Virus record (IMG/VR): IMGVR_UViG_3300021431_000003
Location: 159,529 to 223,528 of that record
Strand: one strand, 5' to 3'
DNA from: a virus
Lineage: Duplodnaviria; Caudoviricetes
DNA: 64,000 bases
The number at the start of each line of letters is the position of its first letter. Position 1 is the first letter of the stretch. Positions 39,889 to 48,675 of this stretch are shown in pieces. The notes under the pieces were generated by a model. It was not told the DNA's origin, searched no databases, and was given only the letters and a program-made list of their open reading frames with translations. The position numbers and the translations under genes were made by a program.

Positions 39889-42800
39889 TTACTTAATAGA
39901 TTCTTCATCAGATAGTACTACGTCTCCATCTGAACAATGAACACAAGAACCAATCTTAGATTTATCTATAAGCCATGGATTATTTCTAGCCACAGCTTTC
40001 CATTGAGCGGCTGTACCTCTAAAGGTAACTCTGTTTAATGTATTATTACCAAATGCAAGTAATCCAATACCTGAAGTGCCAGGATTATCAGATACATGAG
40101 CATTGGAACTATCATGAATACTGTCAGTCTTTTCAGGAACTTTACCATCAAAGGTTAAGAAGTATTCTCCTCCACCTTGTTTAGTAACATTATAAAGACC
40201 ATTTACCTTGCTATCTTTATAAATGCCATGTCTAAATTTCTGACTTTCTACGACATAACCATTACGATTATCTGTAATAGCTCTATAAGAAAACAGTTCA
40301 TATGATAATTCATATGTAGTATTATTTGTATTAGATACAAAATATTCATCATCTATATCTTCTGGCATTACATTGACAAGTAATTGTACATTCTCTGGAT
40401 CTATTAAACTTGTATCACAAGCTATAACTGGTTTATCATTGAATGTATAATCATCACTATAACCGTCATATAATCCTTTGTCCATCTCATCGCCGTTTTT
40501 ATCTGTTCTTATACTTCTAGCAATTTTAGATATATATTGGCTAGGGACAGTCAATTTCAAATCATCGTTTGTATTACATTGTTTCTCAATTACTCTGTTA
40601 TTAGCATTTAAGAAGAATACAAATTCAAATACATCATTATCAGTTGCATCAGAATCAAGCATATCTACATCAAATGCAATATCATTATAATGAATAGTAT
40701 AATACTTATCATATAATACTCTATTCTTGAATATCATGACATAATTATCTTGTCTAGAGATATTCCAACGAGACATCTGCAGTTTTCTATAAGAATAAAC
40801 TACATCAACTTGTACAGTAACAATAAGATTATCATTAGCATCATAGAACTCTAACAGACCAGTATTCTGATTAAATACAGTCTTATTAGCTACATAATTT
40901 GCAGTGAAGTCCTTATCTACATCTTTAATATAAGACTGAGTAGTGTTAATAATGATAGTAGGATTTACTTGACCTCTATATCTAAGCTCAATATCTCCAG
41001 TTACATTATCATGTCTTACTCCATTATCGTCTATATAAGAGAACGATACACTACCACTCTTATTGATAGTAGCATATAATCTCTCAAGACTTGTAGTAAC
41101 AATGTAGTTATTGTTAGATACAAATGTAAACATCTTATAGTTATCTGTACTTGTATAAATCTCTGCTGGGTGAGAAGAGATATAATCTCTTAATTCTTTA
41201 CCAGTACGAGAGAAAGATGTAATACCACGCTTAATAGTAGCTTCTAACTTATCAGCATCATAACCGATAATATAGTTCATACCCTTTGTAGTATCACCTT
41301 GTCCAAATAGATTCTCTTCATATTCTTTATCGAATCCATAAGTAAAGTCAAATACTTCATCAAGTAAATGCATACTACTAATAGTATATTCATCCTGTTC
41401 AAGTGCCCAATAAAACATCTCTGGAAGATTACGTCTAAGACCCCACTCAGATACAAGTTTATGAGGAGTACCATCTTCTTCATAATAACCAAAGTTATAG
41501 AAGTATCTTGGGTCTTCTTGATAAGTACTATATATAGTTTTAGATGCTGCTGTAGTAATCATATCATCTCTACTACTATCTATTGGAATAGCCTTTGGAA
41601 TGATATAATCTGCAGAGTAGTTCATCTTTACTATACTAAGTATTACTTGATGTGGGTCAGATTTGAAGATATTATAAGCAAGAGCATTCAATAGATTTGC
41701 AGTATATCGCTTGTTATAGCTATCTACTACAGGAGCAGCATTAAGTTGTTTAAAGTTTTCATTATCGAAATAATAAATAAACTCATCTACTGGAGTTGCT
41801 CCTTCTTCCATGTTATTAAGATAAGATAATTCAAATCTTAACTTAAGATAGTCATACACTAAATCAGTATCTTCTTGTACAAATGTATAACCACTCATAA
41901 ATTTAGAATATGGAATTACTTTACCTCTATTATCACCATTACTTATATAGAATATATTGATGCTGGTAGGTTTATCATCTTCTAAGTTTCTAACATCGTC
42001 AATTGGAATTAAGAAATCCATGAGATTAGTATTATCTGGGTCAGCATCAATTAAGCTTTGCCAGAATGCTCTAATATCCTCATTAAGATTTCCTTCTTCA
42101 TCAAATAGTGTATTTTCTTTTACCATTTCTCTGAAGAAATCATGGTCGTCATCACAAATTATGAATCCACCATTCATATATCCAATATAATGCTCAGTAT
42201 CTTCTTCCTCATCTGAGTTTGTTTCAGATACATAATTGTCATCACCTGAGGATTTCATATGGATTTGATAGTTGATTACATTGATGTGTCTAAAGGAATC
42301 AAATGTTACTGTTGGTTTTCCTAATAACTCTTGAAGTGCATTATATAGTATAAAGCATTCATATGGAGTTACATAGTGATATTTATAACCATATGTGAAT
42401 GTCTTTTCATTTTTATTGATATAAGTACCAATATCTTTCTTAGCAAGAATATAAATTTCATTCAAATAAGTTTCGATATTAGCAGTTACATCTTGTCTAT
42501 ACTTCTCATATTCGTCAACTAGTTTATCATGATTCTTAATACGAAGAATATTATCTTGGTCGTATAATACTTTAGTATTATAGAATACTTTGAACAGACG
42601 TCTATTATTATATAAGCGTTTGAATCTTACATCCATGATATTGAATGGATGCCAAACAACTTTAAAGTCATCATTCTTAAGCGTCAATAAATTAGAGCTT
42701 TTAAAGTTTTCATTTACATCTTTATTGAGTTCAAATCCTAAAAAATTAAACTGTTTAAGTTTACATCTATAGTCTGTATTACAGAAAGACTTAAAGTCTT

Positions 42801-44082
42801 GGTTATACTGAATACCAATATCAGGAAGGTAAACTTCATTTCCAGATGTATCATTATTAAGATAGAATTCTGCATATACTATATTTGGGTCAGTACATAC
42901 AACTCTATCAATATAAGAACTATTTGCTCTAGCATTTTTATAATCATCATCTGTCTTTAATATAGCACCGAAACGTTTATTGAAAACAAATGGCACTGTA
43001 TCAAACTTACCACTAGAGTTTAAAAATAACTTATATGGACAATTATCATTAGATGCATCTTCAGTACCTATCATATAGATACACTTAAATGGAATATATA
43101 CATATTCCATCGTAATTTCTTCAGTATCATCTAGATAGTCTGATAATTCTTGTCTAATACCAGATACAATAACAAATGTATCTATATTATCTACAGAGAT
43201 AATAGCTTTAGTCCATTCAATTGCTAGTCCATTTAAGAATATCATAGAAGCATGTATCCAACCAATATTGTATAAATTATATACATTACTTGGAATTGTA
43301 GTATTTATATCTTGACCAGATTGCATTGTATAATCAAAGTCAGATACAGATTCTACAACTTTCTCTTCTAATTCACCTGTTTCTTCATTAGGAACAAGTA
43401 CAACTAACTTTTCATTATCTTTAGTTTTAGTATTAGCTTTTATAATAGAGCTCATTAAGTTATCAATCGTATACGACTCGCCACTAATTTTTCTTACTTT
43501 ACACCAATACTTGTTATTATAATAAGTAAAGAATGTACGTAATAATACGTCTTTAAATGATACACCATTATCTTCATCCTCTGCAAGAGACATGATATGA
43601 ATGGTTCTATCATAAATTAGTCTACGATGTCTATCATCTACAAACTTTACTTTATTGGTACGAAAACAATATTCTTTAGCTTCAGAACCAATATTAGAAG
43701 GATGGTCTTGGAAGAAGTATTGTAAAGACTTAATCTTTACTTCTATATCTTTTCCTTCATTATCTTTCTCTTTTCTATACTCCAAAGGTTGAAATGCCAT
43801 ACCTGGAATTTCTGCTGGAACTAAACAAGACTCTAGAGCTTCATAATAACTCTCTGTTTTTGTTCTAAGTTCTTCTATTTTATTTCTATAGCTATCAAAA
43901 GCATCTGTATCAATATCACTAACAGGTTCGTTATGATTATACATATACTGATAATCTATAGGATGTTCGTTAGCATCTTTTATACCGTCTTCATTCTTAG
44001 GAGTATACGGATACTTAGTATTGGTTTCATTAATAGGATTGGATACGATTTTACCTTGAGCGTCTTCAAGATAAATACTCAT
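39889..44082 (-). CDS. Large probable virion protein with C-terminal BspA LRR cap fragment
   Basis: 1397 aa; MIFLNG/VMIFKN beta motifs; ends GIGLLAFGNNTLNRVTFRGTAAQWKAV...VHCSDG. Confidence 0.7.
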   Translation of the reverse strand: MSIYLEDAQGKIVSNPINETNTKYPYTPKNEDGIKDANEHPIDYQYMYNHNEPVSDIDTDAFDSYRNKIEELRTKTESYYEALESCLVPAEIPGMAFQPLEYRKEKDNEGKDIEVKIKSLQYFFQDHPSNIGSEAKEYCFRTNKVKFVDDRHRRLIYDRTIHIMSLAEDEDNGVSFKDVLLRTFFTYYNNKYWCKVRKISGESYTIDNLMSSIIKANTKTKDNEKLVVLVPNEETGELEEKVVESVSDFDYTMQSGQDINTTIPSNVYNLYNIGWIHASMIFLNGLAIEWTKAIISVDNIDTFVIVSGIRQELSDYLDDTEEITMEYVYIPFKCIYMIGTEDASNDNCPYKLFLNSSGKFDTVPFVFNKRFGAILKTDDDYKNARANSSYIDRVVCTDPNIVYAEFYLNNDTSGNEVYLPDIGIQYNQDFKSFCNTDYRCKLKQFNFLGFELNKDVNENFKSSNLLTLKNDDFKVVWHPFNIMDVRFKRLYNNRRLFKVFYNTKVLYDQDNILRIKNHDKLVDEYEKYRQDVTANIETYLNEIYILAKKDIGTYINKNEKTFTYGYKYHYVTPYECFILYNALQELLGKPTVTFDSFRHINVINYQIHMKSSGDDNYVSETNSDEEEDTEHYIGYMNGGFIICDDDHDFFREMVKENTLFDEEGNLNEDIRAFWQSLIDADPDNTNLMDFLIPIDDVRNLEDDKPTSINIFYISNGDNRGKVIPYSKFMSGYTFVQEDTDLVYDYLKLRFELSYLNNMEEGATPVDEFIYYFDNENFKQLNAAPVVDSYNKRYTANLLNALAYNIFKSDPHQVILSIVKMNYSADYIIPKAIPIDSSRDDMITTAASKTIYSTYQEDPRYFYNFGYYEEDGTPHKLVSEWGLRRNLPEMFYWALEQDEYTISSMHLLDEVFDFTYGFDKEYEENLFGQGDTTKGMNYIIGYDADKLEATIKRGITSFSRTGKELRDYISSHPAEIYTSTDNYKMFTFVSNNNYIVTTSLERLYATINKSGSVSFSYIDDNGVRHDNVTGDIELRYRGQVNPTIIINTTQSYIKDVDKDFTANYVANKTVFNQNTGLLEFYDANDNLIVTVQVDVVYSYRKLQMSRWNISRQDNYVMIFKNRVLYDKYYTIHYNDIAFDVDMLDSDATDNDVFEFVFFLNANNRVIEKQCNTNDDLKLTVPSQYISKIARSIRTDKNGDEMDKGLYDGYSDDYTFNDKPVIACDTSLIDPENVQLLVNVMPEDIDDEYFVSNTNNTTYELSYELFSYRAITDNRNGYVVESQKFRHGIYKDSKVNGLYNVTKQGGGEYFLTFDGKVPEKTDSIHDSSNAHVSDNPGTSGIGLLAFGNNTLNRVTFRGTAAQWKAVARNNPWLIDKSKIGSCVHCSDGDVVLSDEESIK

Positions 44083-45014
44083 ACCATACCTCCACCCTTA
44101 GTAATCACGTTCTTAGAATACTCTACAAGTGTATTACCTACAACTTTCTCAATAGTCTTCTGATTATTGATATAAGCACCACAATATGCATCAGTTAGCA
44201 TAGCAGATAAAGCAGGATAATACTCAAGAGCGAATACAGTGTTAGTACCATACAGATACATCCACTTATCAATGATATTATCTACTTTAAGAGTAGGTAT
44301 CTTAAGAATATCAGATAGCTTAGCTGTAAAAGATTTGATATTAGCAAAGTCACTTTCATCACATTGTACCATAATCATTTCTTGTTCTCTATCAGAAAGA
44401 TTACAGATAGAACCTGCCATATGTTGGAATCCTTCATTAAAGTCCTTCTGAAGAATATTCTCTACAAAGTACATACATGACAGAAATTGACACTTAGACT
44501 TAGTAGAAGAAATTACAGAGATTTTTGCTAAGTAATCAACTACATGAGTAAACAAAGCAGAAAAAGCAGTCATTGTATCTTTAACAAGATGAGTAGATAA
44601 TACCTCATTTTCTGCTTTATGATAAATCATAGTAACCATAGCATTGATAACATGAGAAATTAAGATATCAATATTACGGCATTTATAATTACCATCCTTA
44701 TCATTGACAATAAGTCCAGTACAATCAATGAATACTTTATAATCTGTATTAGATTTGAATTTAGGGTCACGAGAACAAATAACTCTAAACTGAGTATTCA
44801 ATGCCTGAGCTTGCGATTGAAGAAGAATAACATTTTTAGAACAGAGTATCTTTAGTAATCCATTATTAATCTGTCTCTTCTTAAACTCATACTTTACATC
44901 TTCAAACCTAGAACTATCCTTATCGATTCTATCTGCATTAATTAAGAAACGAAAGATATGTTCTTCATACGGAAACTTTGTATAAATAAAAGTGTTATTA
45001 TACGTTTTTGGCAT
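44079..45014 (-). CDS. Hypothetical, probably structural protein heading the tail operon
   Basis: ATG 45014 after AAGGAGGGAG; late-type motif 45042-45054; ATGA overlap with the next gene. Confidence 0.75.
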   Translation of the reverse strand: MPKTYNNTFIYTKFPYEEHIFRFLINADRIDKDSSRFEDVKYEFKKRQINNGLLKILCSKNVILLQSQAQALNTQFRVICSRDPKFKSNTDYKVFIDCTGLIVNDKDGNYKCRNIDILISHVINAMVTMIYHKAENEVLSTHLVKDTMTAFSALFTHVVDYLAKISVISSTKSKCQFLSCMYFVENILQKDFNEGFQHMAGSICNLSDREQEMIMVQCDESDFANIKSFTAKLSDILKIPTLKVDNIIDKWMYLYGTNTVFALEYYPALSAMLTDAYCGAYINNQKTIEKVVGNTLVEYSKNVITKGGGMV

Positions 45015-45189
45015 TATAACTCCCTCCTTCAAATATTGATTTTATATTAAAGTTCCGCTAGACAGACAAAAAAGAAGGCTGCTTGTGATGCAGCCTTCTA
45101 CTATCCCTTGTGATAGGTTTTGTGGAACTCTAATGATACAATCTACCTTGCTTACGGTAACCTTTTACCATTTGAGTTTAGTGTATTAC

Positions 45190-45822
45190 TTACGAAGACA
45201 GCTTATCAATACACATTCTGAATGCAGTTTCAAGGTCCTTGATTTTATACTTGATAATATCAAAATCATCGGTAACCTTTTTACCGATTCTATGAATAGT
45301 AATAGTCCTCTTATCAAAAAATACTGCATCTTCTGTCATAGCTTTTATGCCAAGCTGTTTAAAGAAATGAATCATCTGATTTGCAGGGACGAGACAAATG
45401 ATTTTCTCGTTTACCGTGAAACTAAACAGCTCAATCTTTTCTCTGAAAGTTTCTTTTCTAACCCTTTTTCTCCAGGCGCTGGTCATTTTATTCCAGTCCG
45501 AGATAGGGATATGAACAACACTGTTGGTATCAAATGAGATATCAAAGAATTTCTCATCGAAAAATTCTTTGTTAAGTTTTTCGATAGCTTCTGCTTCTTT
45601 TTTCTGAATTCTGACAAATCCGAAATTTACATCAGTAGCAGCTTTCGCAACACAATATCCAATCATAGATGAGAGGATAATGAGTCTTCGATTCAGCATG
45701 ATTTGGTCTGGATAAACGCAGTCATCACCAACATACTCACTGTTATCGTCGATAGCTTTGTAGAAGTTTGTTTGCGTTGATATTACATGCTGTTCACCAG
45801 CGTAAATATCGATGGTATTCAT
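45190..45822 (-). CDS. Hypothetical protein, early cassette 3
   Basis: ATG 45822 after AAGGAG. Confidence 0.8.
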   Translation of the reverse strand: MNTIDIYAGEQHVISTQTNFYKAIDDNSEYVGDDCVYPDQIMLNRRLIILSSMIGYCVAKAATDVNFGFVRIQKKEAEAIEKLNKEFFDEKFFDISFDTNSVVHIPISDWNKMTSAWRKRVRKETFREKIELFSFTVNEKIICLVPANQMIHFFKQLGIKAMTEDAVFFDKRTITIHRIGKKVTDDFDIIKYKIKDLETAFRMCIDKLSS

Positions 45823-45968
45823 ATTGAACACTCCTTTTAAAAATCGTAGGAATTTGCCTGCTAGAGAAATGGCACTGTCTCATTTCAGTGGATAGTTTTA
45901 AGTCGCATCATAGACTAATAGCGTTAACAAAGCATGATATCTTTATCATATCACGCTCACTATTACAA
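45823..45968 (-). ncRNA. Structured 5' leader candidate
   Basis: 5' stem AGCGTGATAT/ATATCATGCT, AGTC-loop-GACT-TAAAACTAT, and CACTG/CAGTG stem whose AAATG loop can pair with downstream CATTT. Confidence 0.5.
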
Positions 45969-45970
45969 TT

Positions 45971-46003
45971 ATAATATATGTCTGACAGTTTGTAATTTTT
46001 CAA
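45971..46003 (-). promoter_or_regulatory. Bipartite early-type promoter TTGAAA-N21-TATTAT
   Basis: Same spacing as the other three cassettes. Confidence 0.7.
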
Positions 46004-46035
46004 AACAAAAGTGGGCTACATGTGTAGCCCACTTA

Positions 46036-46830
46036 TTATGTCGACCAATCATATTTCTTAAAGTTACTTACTTTACCTAGCATCTTATTTACACACTTAT
46101 CTCTAAGTGAATAGTATTGTTGCTTAGTTAAACCATACTTATTTCTGAAGATATCTGTACCAAGATTTAGCCATTCTTGATATAGCGCATATGCATCATC
46201 TTTAGTATTCGGTTCTTTCAATGTACTCTTAATTTCACATAACAGTTCCTCTTCACTAACACGTTTTACATTAGTAAATACATCAGTAAGTGGACTACTA
46301 ATACAATTCACTGTATTTGTTTTAGCAACAACTGTATTAACTTGTCTAAATGCTTGTGCATTTGGGAATCTGTCTTTCATAACTTTCAACATAGTACCAA
46401 CGCTATTTTGATTCATATTTTGTAGAGTATGTAGAGCTACCGCTGCATCTACAATCTCTTGAGAAGCATGTCCTAGCTTAATTTTCAATTGATGTGTATT
46501 TATTGTAAATACTTGAGATACATCAATAAAGCTGTGGTTTGGATTATTGTTAACTCCAGGGACCCTAATGCTTCTATAAGCGTTGATTGAATCAGAGTAT
46601 CCAGAACCTTCTTTAGAAGAGAATGCTAGTACTTTTACAATATCTTTATTGTATTCATCTTCAGAAATTATAAGAACTGGTCTACTTGGTTTACCGAGAA
46701 TATGGTCATCCTTGTCTATTGCTTCTATCTCTTTAAACAATCCACTACAGATAAATATATCTCCCCTATGAGCGTAAATTCTATCGTCTGTAATGCCAGT
46801 GTCAAAAGAGAGGTAAGTTGGATTATCCAT
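46036..46830 (-). CDS. MazF/PemK-fold endoribonuclease-like protein with C-terminal extension
   Basis: HRGDIF...KPSRPVLIIS...VLAFSSK...DVSQVFTIN...LKIKLG. Confidence 0.75.
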   Translation of the reverse strand: MDNPTYLSFDTGITDDRIYAHRGDIFICSGLFKEIEAIDKDDHILGKPSRPVLIISEDEYNKDIVKVLAFSSKEGSGYSDSINAYRSIRVPGVNNNPNHSFIDVSQVFTINTHQLKIKLGHASQEIVDAAVALHTLQNMNQNSVGTMLKVMKDRFPNAQAFRQVNTVVAKTNTVNCISSPLTDVFTNVKRVSEEELLCEIKSTLKEPNTKDDAYALYQEWLNLGTDIFRNKYGLTKQQYYSLRDKCVNKMLGKVSNFKKYDWST

Positions 46831-46916
46831 ATAATCACCTCCTTATATAACTGTTGGAGATTGGGTAAAATTAGGAAAAAGAAACCGCTTTTTGATAGCA
46901 GTTTCTTTTCTAGTCA

Positions 46917-47336
46917 TCATAAAATTTTATATCCCTCATAATAATAGTCTTTTGGTTTTCCAAGTGATGCTGTCACTCTTAACCAAAATCTTTTTGTCTG
47001 TCTAGTATTATTTATGTCAATAATATCATGACCATAGATTTGTACAAATCTGGTCAAAATTTCATTTTTACATATTTTAGATGTCTCGTCTTTGACTATA
47101 AATATACTACAGAAATGGTCTGCCGCAGCTTGCATTTTCAATGCCGCAAGTTCTTTTGCCATATCATTTTCGAAATGTACAGCGCAGCGTTCCTCCTCCC
47201 TATACCATTCCAATTGTTTCTGTAATTTATCAATTTCTTCTTCGATTTGTTTTATCTTTTCTGCCGCAGTTTTCTTCAGATTAATAGCAAGCTGCAAATT
47301 ATTCTTAACATTTTTGATTTTCTTTTCATGTGTCAT
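46917..47336 (-). CDS. Coiled-coil hypothetical protein, early cassette 4
   Basis: AAGGAG RBS; bipartite promoter motif upstream. Confidence 0.75.
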   Translation of the reverse strand: MTHEKKIKNVKNNLQLAINLKKTAAEKIKQIEEEIDKLQKQLEWYREEERCAVHFENDMAKELAALKMQAAADHFCSIFIVKDETSKICKNEILTRFVQIYGHDIIDINNTRQTKRFWLRVTASLGKPKDYYYEGYKIL

Positions 47337-47370
47337 AATTAGACACTCCTTTCAAATTTATTTCACTATA

Positions 47371-47403
47371 ATAATATATAACTACTATATCTGAAACTTT
47401 CAA
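47371..47403 (-). promoter_or_regulatory. Bipartite early-type promoter TTGAAA-N21-TATTAT
   Basis: Overlaps a divergent late-type motif at 47395-47407 (+). Confidence 0.7.
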
Positions 47404-47428
47404 ATAATAAATTCTAGGAGGTCTTATT

Positions 47429-48541
47429 ATGTACGTTAATCAACCACTTGTAGAGATTCATACTGCAGATATTCACTTTGGAGCAATGGACCCGAAAGTA
47501 CAATATGAACTGTTAATGGAAAGACTTGTTCATAAGATTATACCAATTCATTTTGATGCTTTCTTTATCAATGGTGACCTTTTCCATCATAAATTTATGT
47601 CTAATTCCGATGCTGTAATGTATGCATTGTTATTTGTAGATGAGATAGCTAAGTTATGCAGAAGGAATAATGCTACACTTGTATTACTTCATGGTACTTA
47701 TTCTCATGATGCAGACCAACTTAAACTATTCTATCGTTATTACGGTTCTGGTATAGATATTAGAATCGTAGAGCATATGCAATTTGAAGAGATTAAAGGT
47801 ACTAGAGTACTTTGTATTCCAGAAGAATATGGTAAAGGATATGAATACTATGAGAATGCCTTATTCTATTCTGGTGATTATGATATGGTAGCTATGCATG
47901 GTAATATCAAAGGCGCTATATATGGAATGAATCAAGCAGATTTAAATGCTACTAAGAATCCTACTTTTGATATTCGTTGTTTTCATAGATGTAATGGTCC
48001 TATCTTGTGTGGTCATGTACACGTTGCAGGTTGTTATCAGAATCATATCTATTATTCTGGTTCTCCATTAAGATGGAAGTTTGGAGAAGAACAGGATAAA
48101 GGATTTATAATTTGTGTATATCATCCTGTATCTCATCAATACTATATACACTTTGAAACTATAGAATCTTTTAGATATGATACTATCAATATGGATGATA
48201 TGTTGAAAAGTGAACCTAAAGAGATTATAGAGCATATCATGTATCTAAAATCTCAAGGTATTGATTATATAAAGATTCGATTCTCTGAAGTAAATGCTAC
48301 AACCGATGTAGTAAAACAATATTTCTCTAATAAGACTGATATCATTATTGATGTAGAAGATAGTGGTTTCAAACAGACAGTTCAAGAGAATCAAAAGAAT
48401 GATGATAAGTTTTCAGAATACAATTATATTCTGGATAATAATATGAGTCCACAAGAAATCTTTGTACAATATGTCAATCAAACTAAAGGAGAGACATTTA
48501 TAACAGTAGATGAACTTGTAGAGATTCTTGGTTCGTTATAA
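47429..48541 (+). CDS. sbcD: SbcD/Mre11-like metallophosphoesterase nuclease
   Basis: ADIHFG, GDLFH, GTYSHD, MHG, GHVH, YSGS...FGEEQDKG. Confidence 0.88.
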   Translation: MYVNQPLVEIHTADIHFGAMDPKVQYELLMERLVHKIIPIHFDAFFINGDLFHHKFMSNSDAVMYALLFVDEIAKLCRRNNATLVLLHGTYSHDADQLKLFYRYYGSGIDIRIVEHMQFEEIKGTRVLCIPEEYGKGYEYYENALFYSGDYDMVAMHGNIKGAIYGMNQADLNATKNPTFDIRCFHRCNGPILCGHVHVAGCYQNHIYYSGSPLRWKFGEEQDKGFIICVYHPVSHQYYIHFETIESFRYDTINMDDMLKSEPKEIIEHIMYLKSQGIDYIKIRFSEVNATTDVVKQYFSNKTDIIIDVEDSGFKQTVQENQKNDDKFSEYNYILDNNMSPQEIFVQYVNQTKGETFITVDELVEILGSL

Positions 48542-48675
48542 TACAAAGAGGGTGTTAATCACCCTCTTTCTTCAGCTTACGAAATAAGTACTCTGAGTGA
48601 CATTTTTTGTATTAAACTACTACTATGCAAACAATCACTTAAAGGAACTTTACGTAATAGGAGGTTGTTTGTCAA

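Noticed and set aside
36318-44082. Diversity-generating retroelement or invertible shufflon acting on tail genes
   Set aside because: No reverse transcriptase, recombinase, template/variable repeat pair or inverted crossover sites seen in this window.
45823-46830. Type III toxin-antitoxin (MazF-fold toxin plus pseudoknot RNA)
   Set aside because: The pseudoknots are downstream, behind a terminator and a separate promoter, and are not tandem repeats upstream of the toxin.
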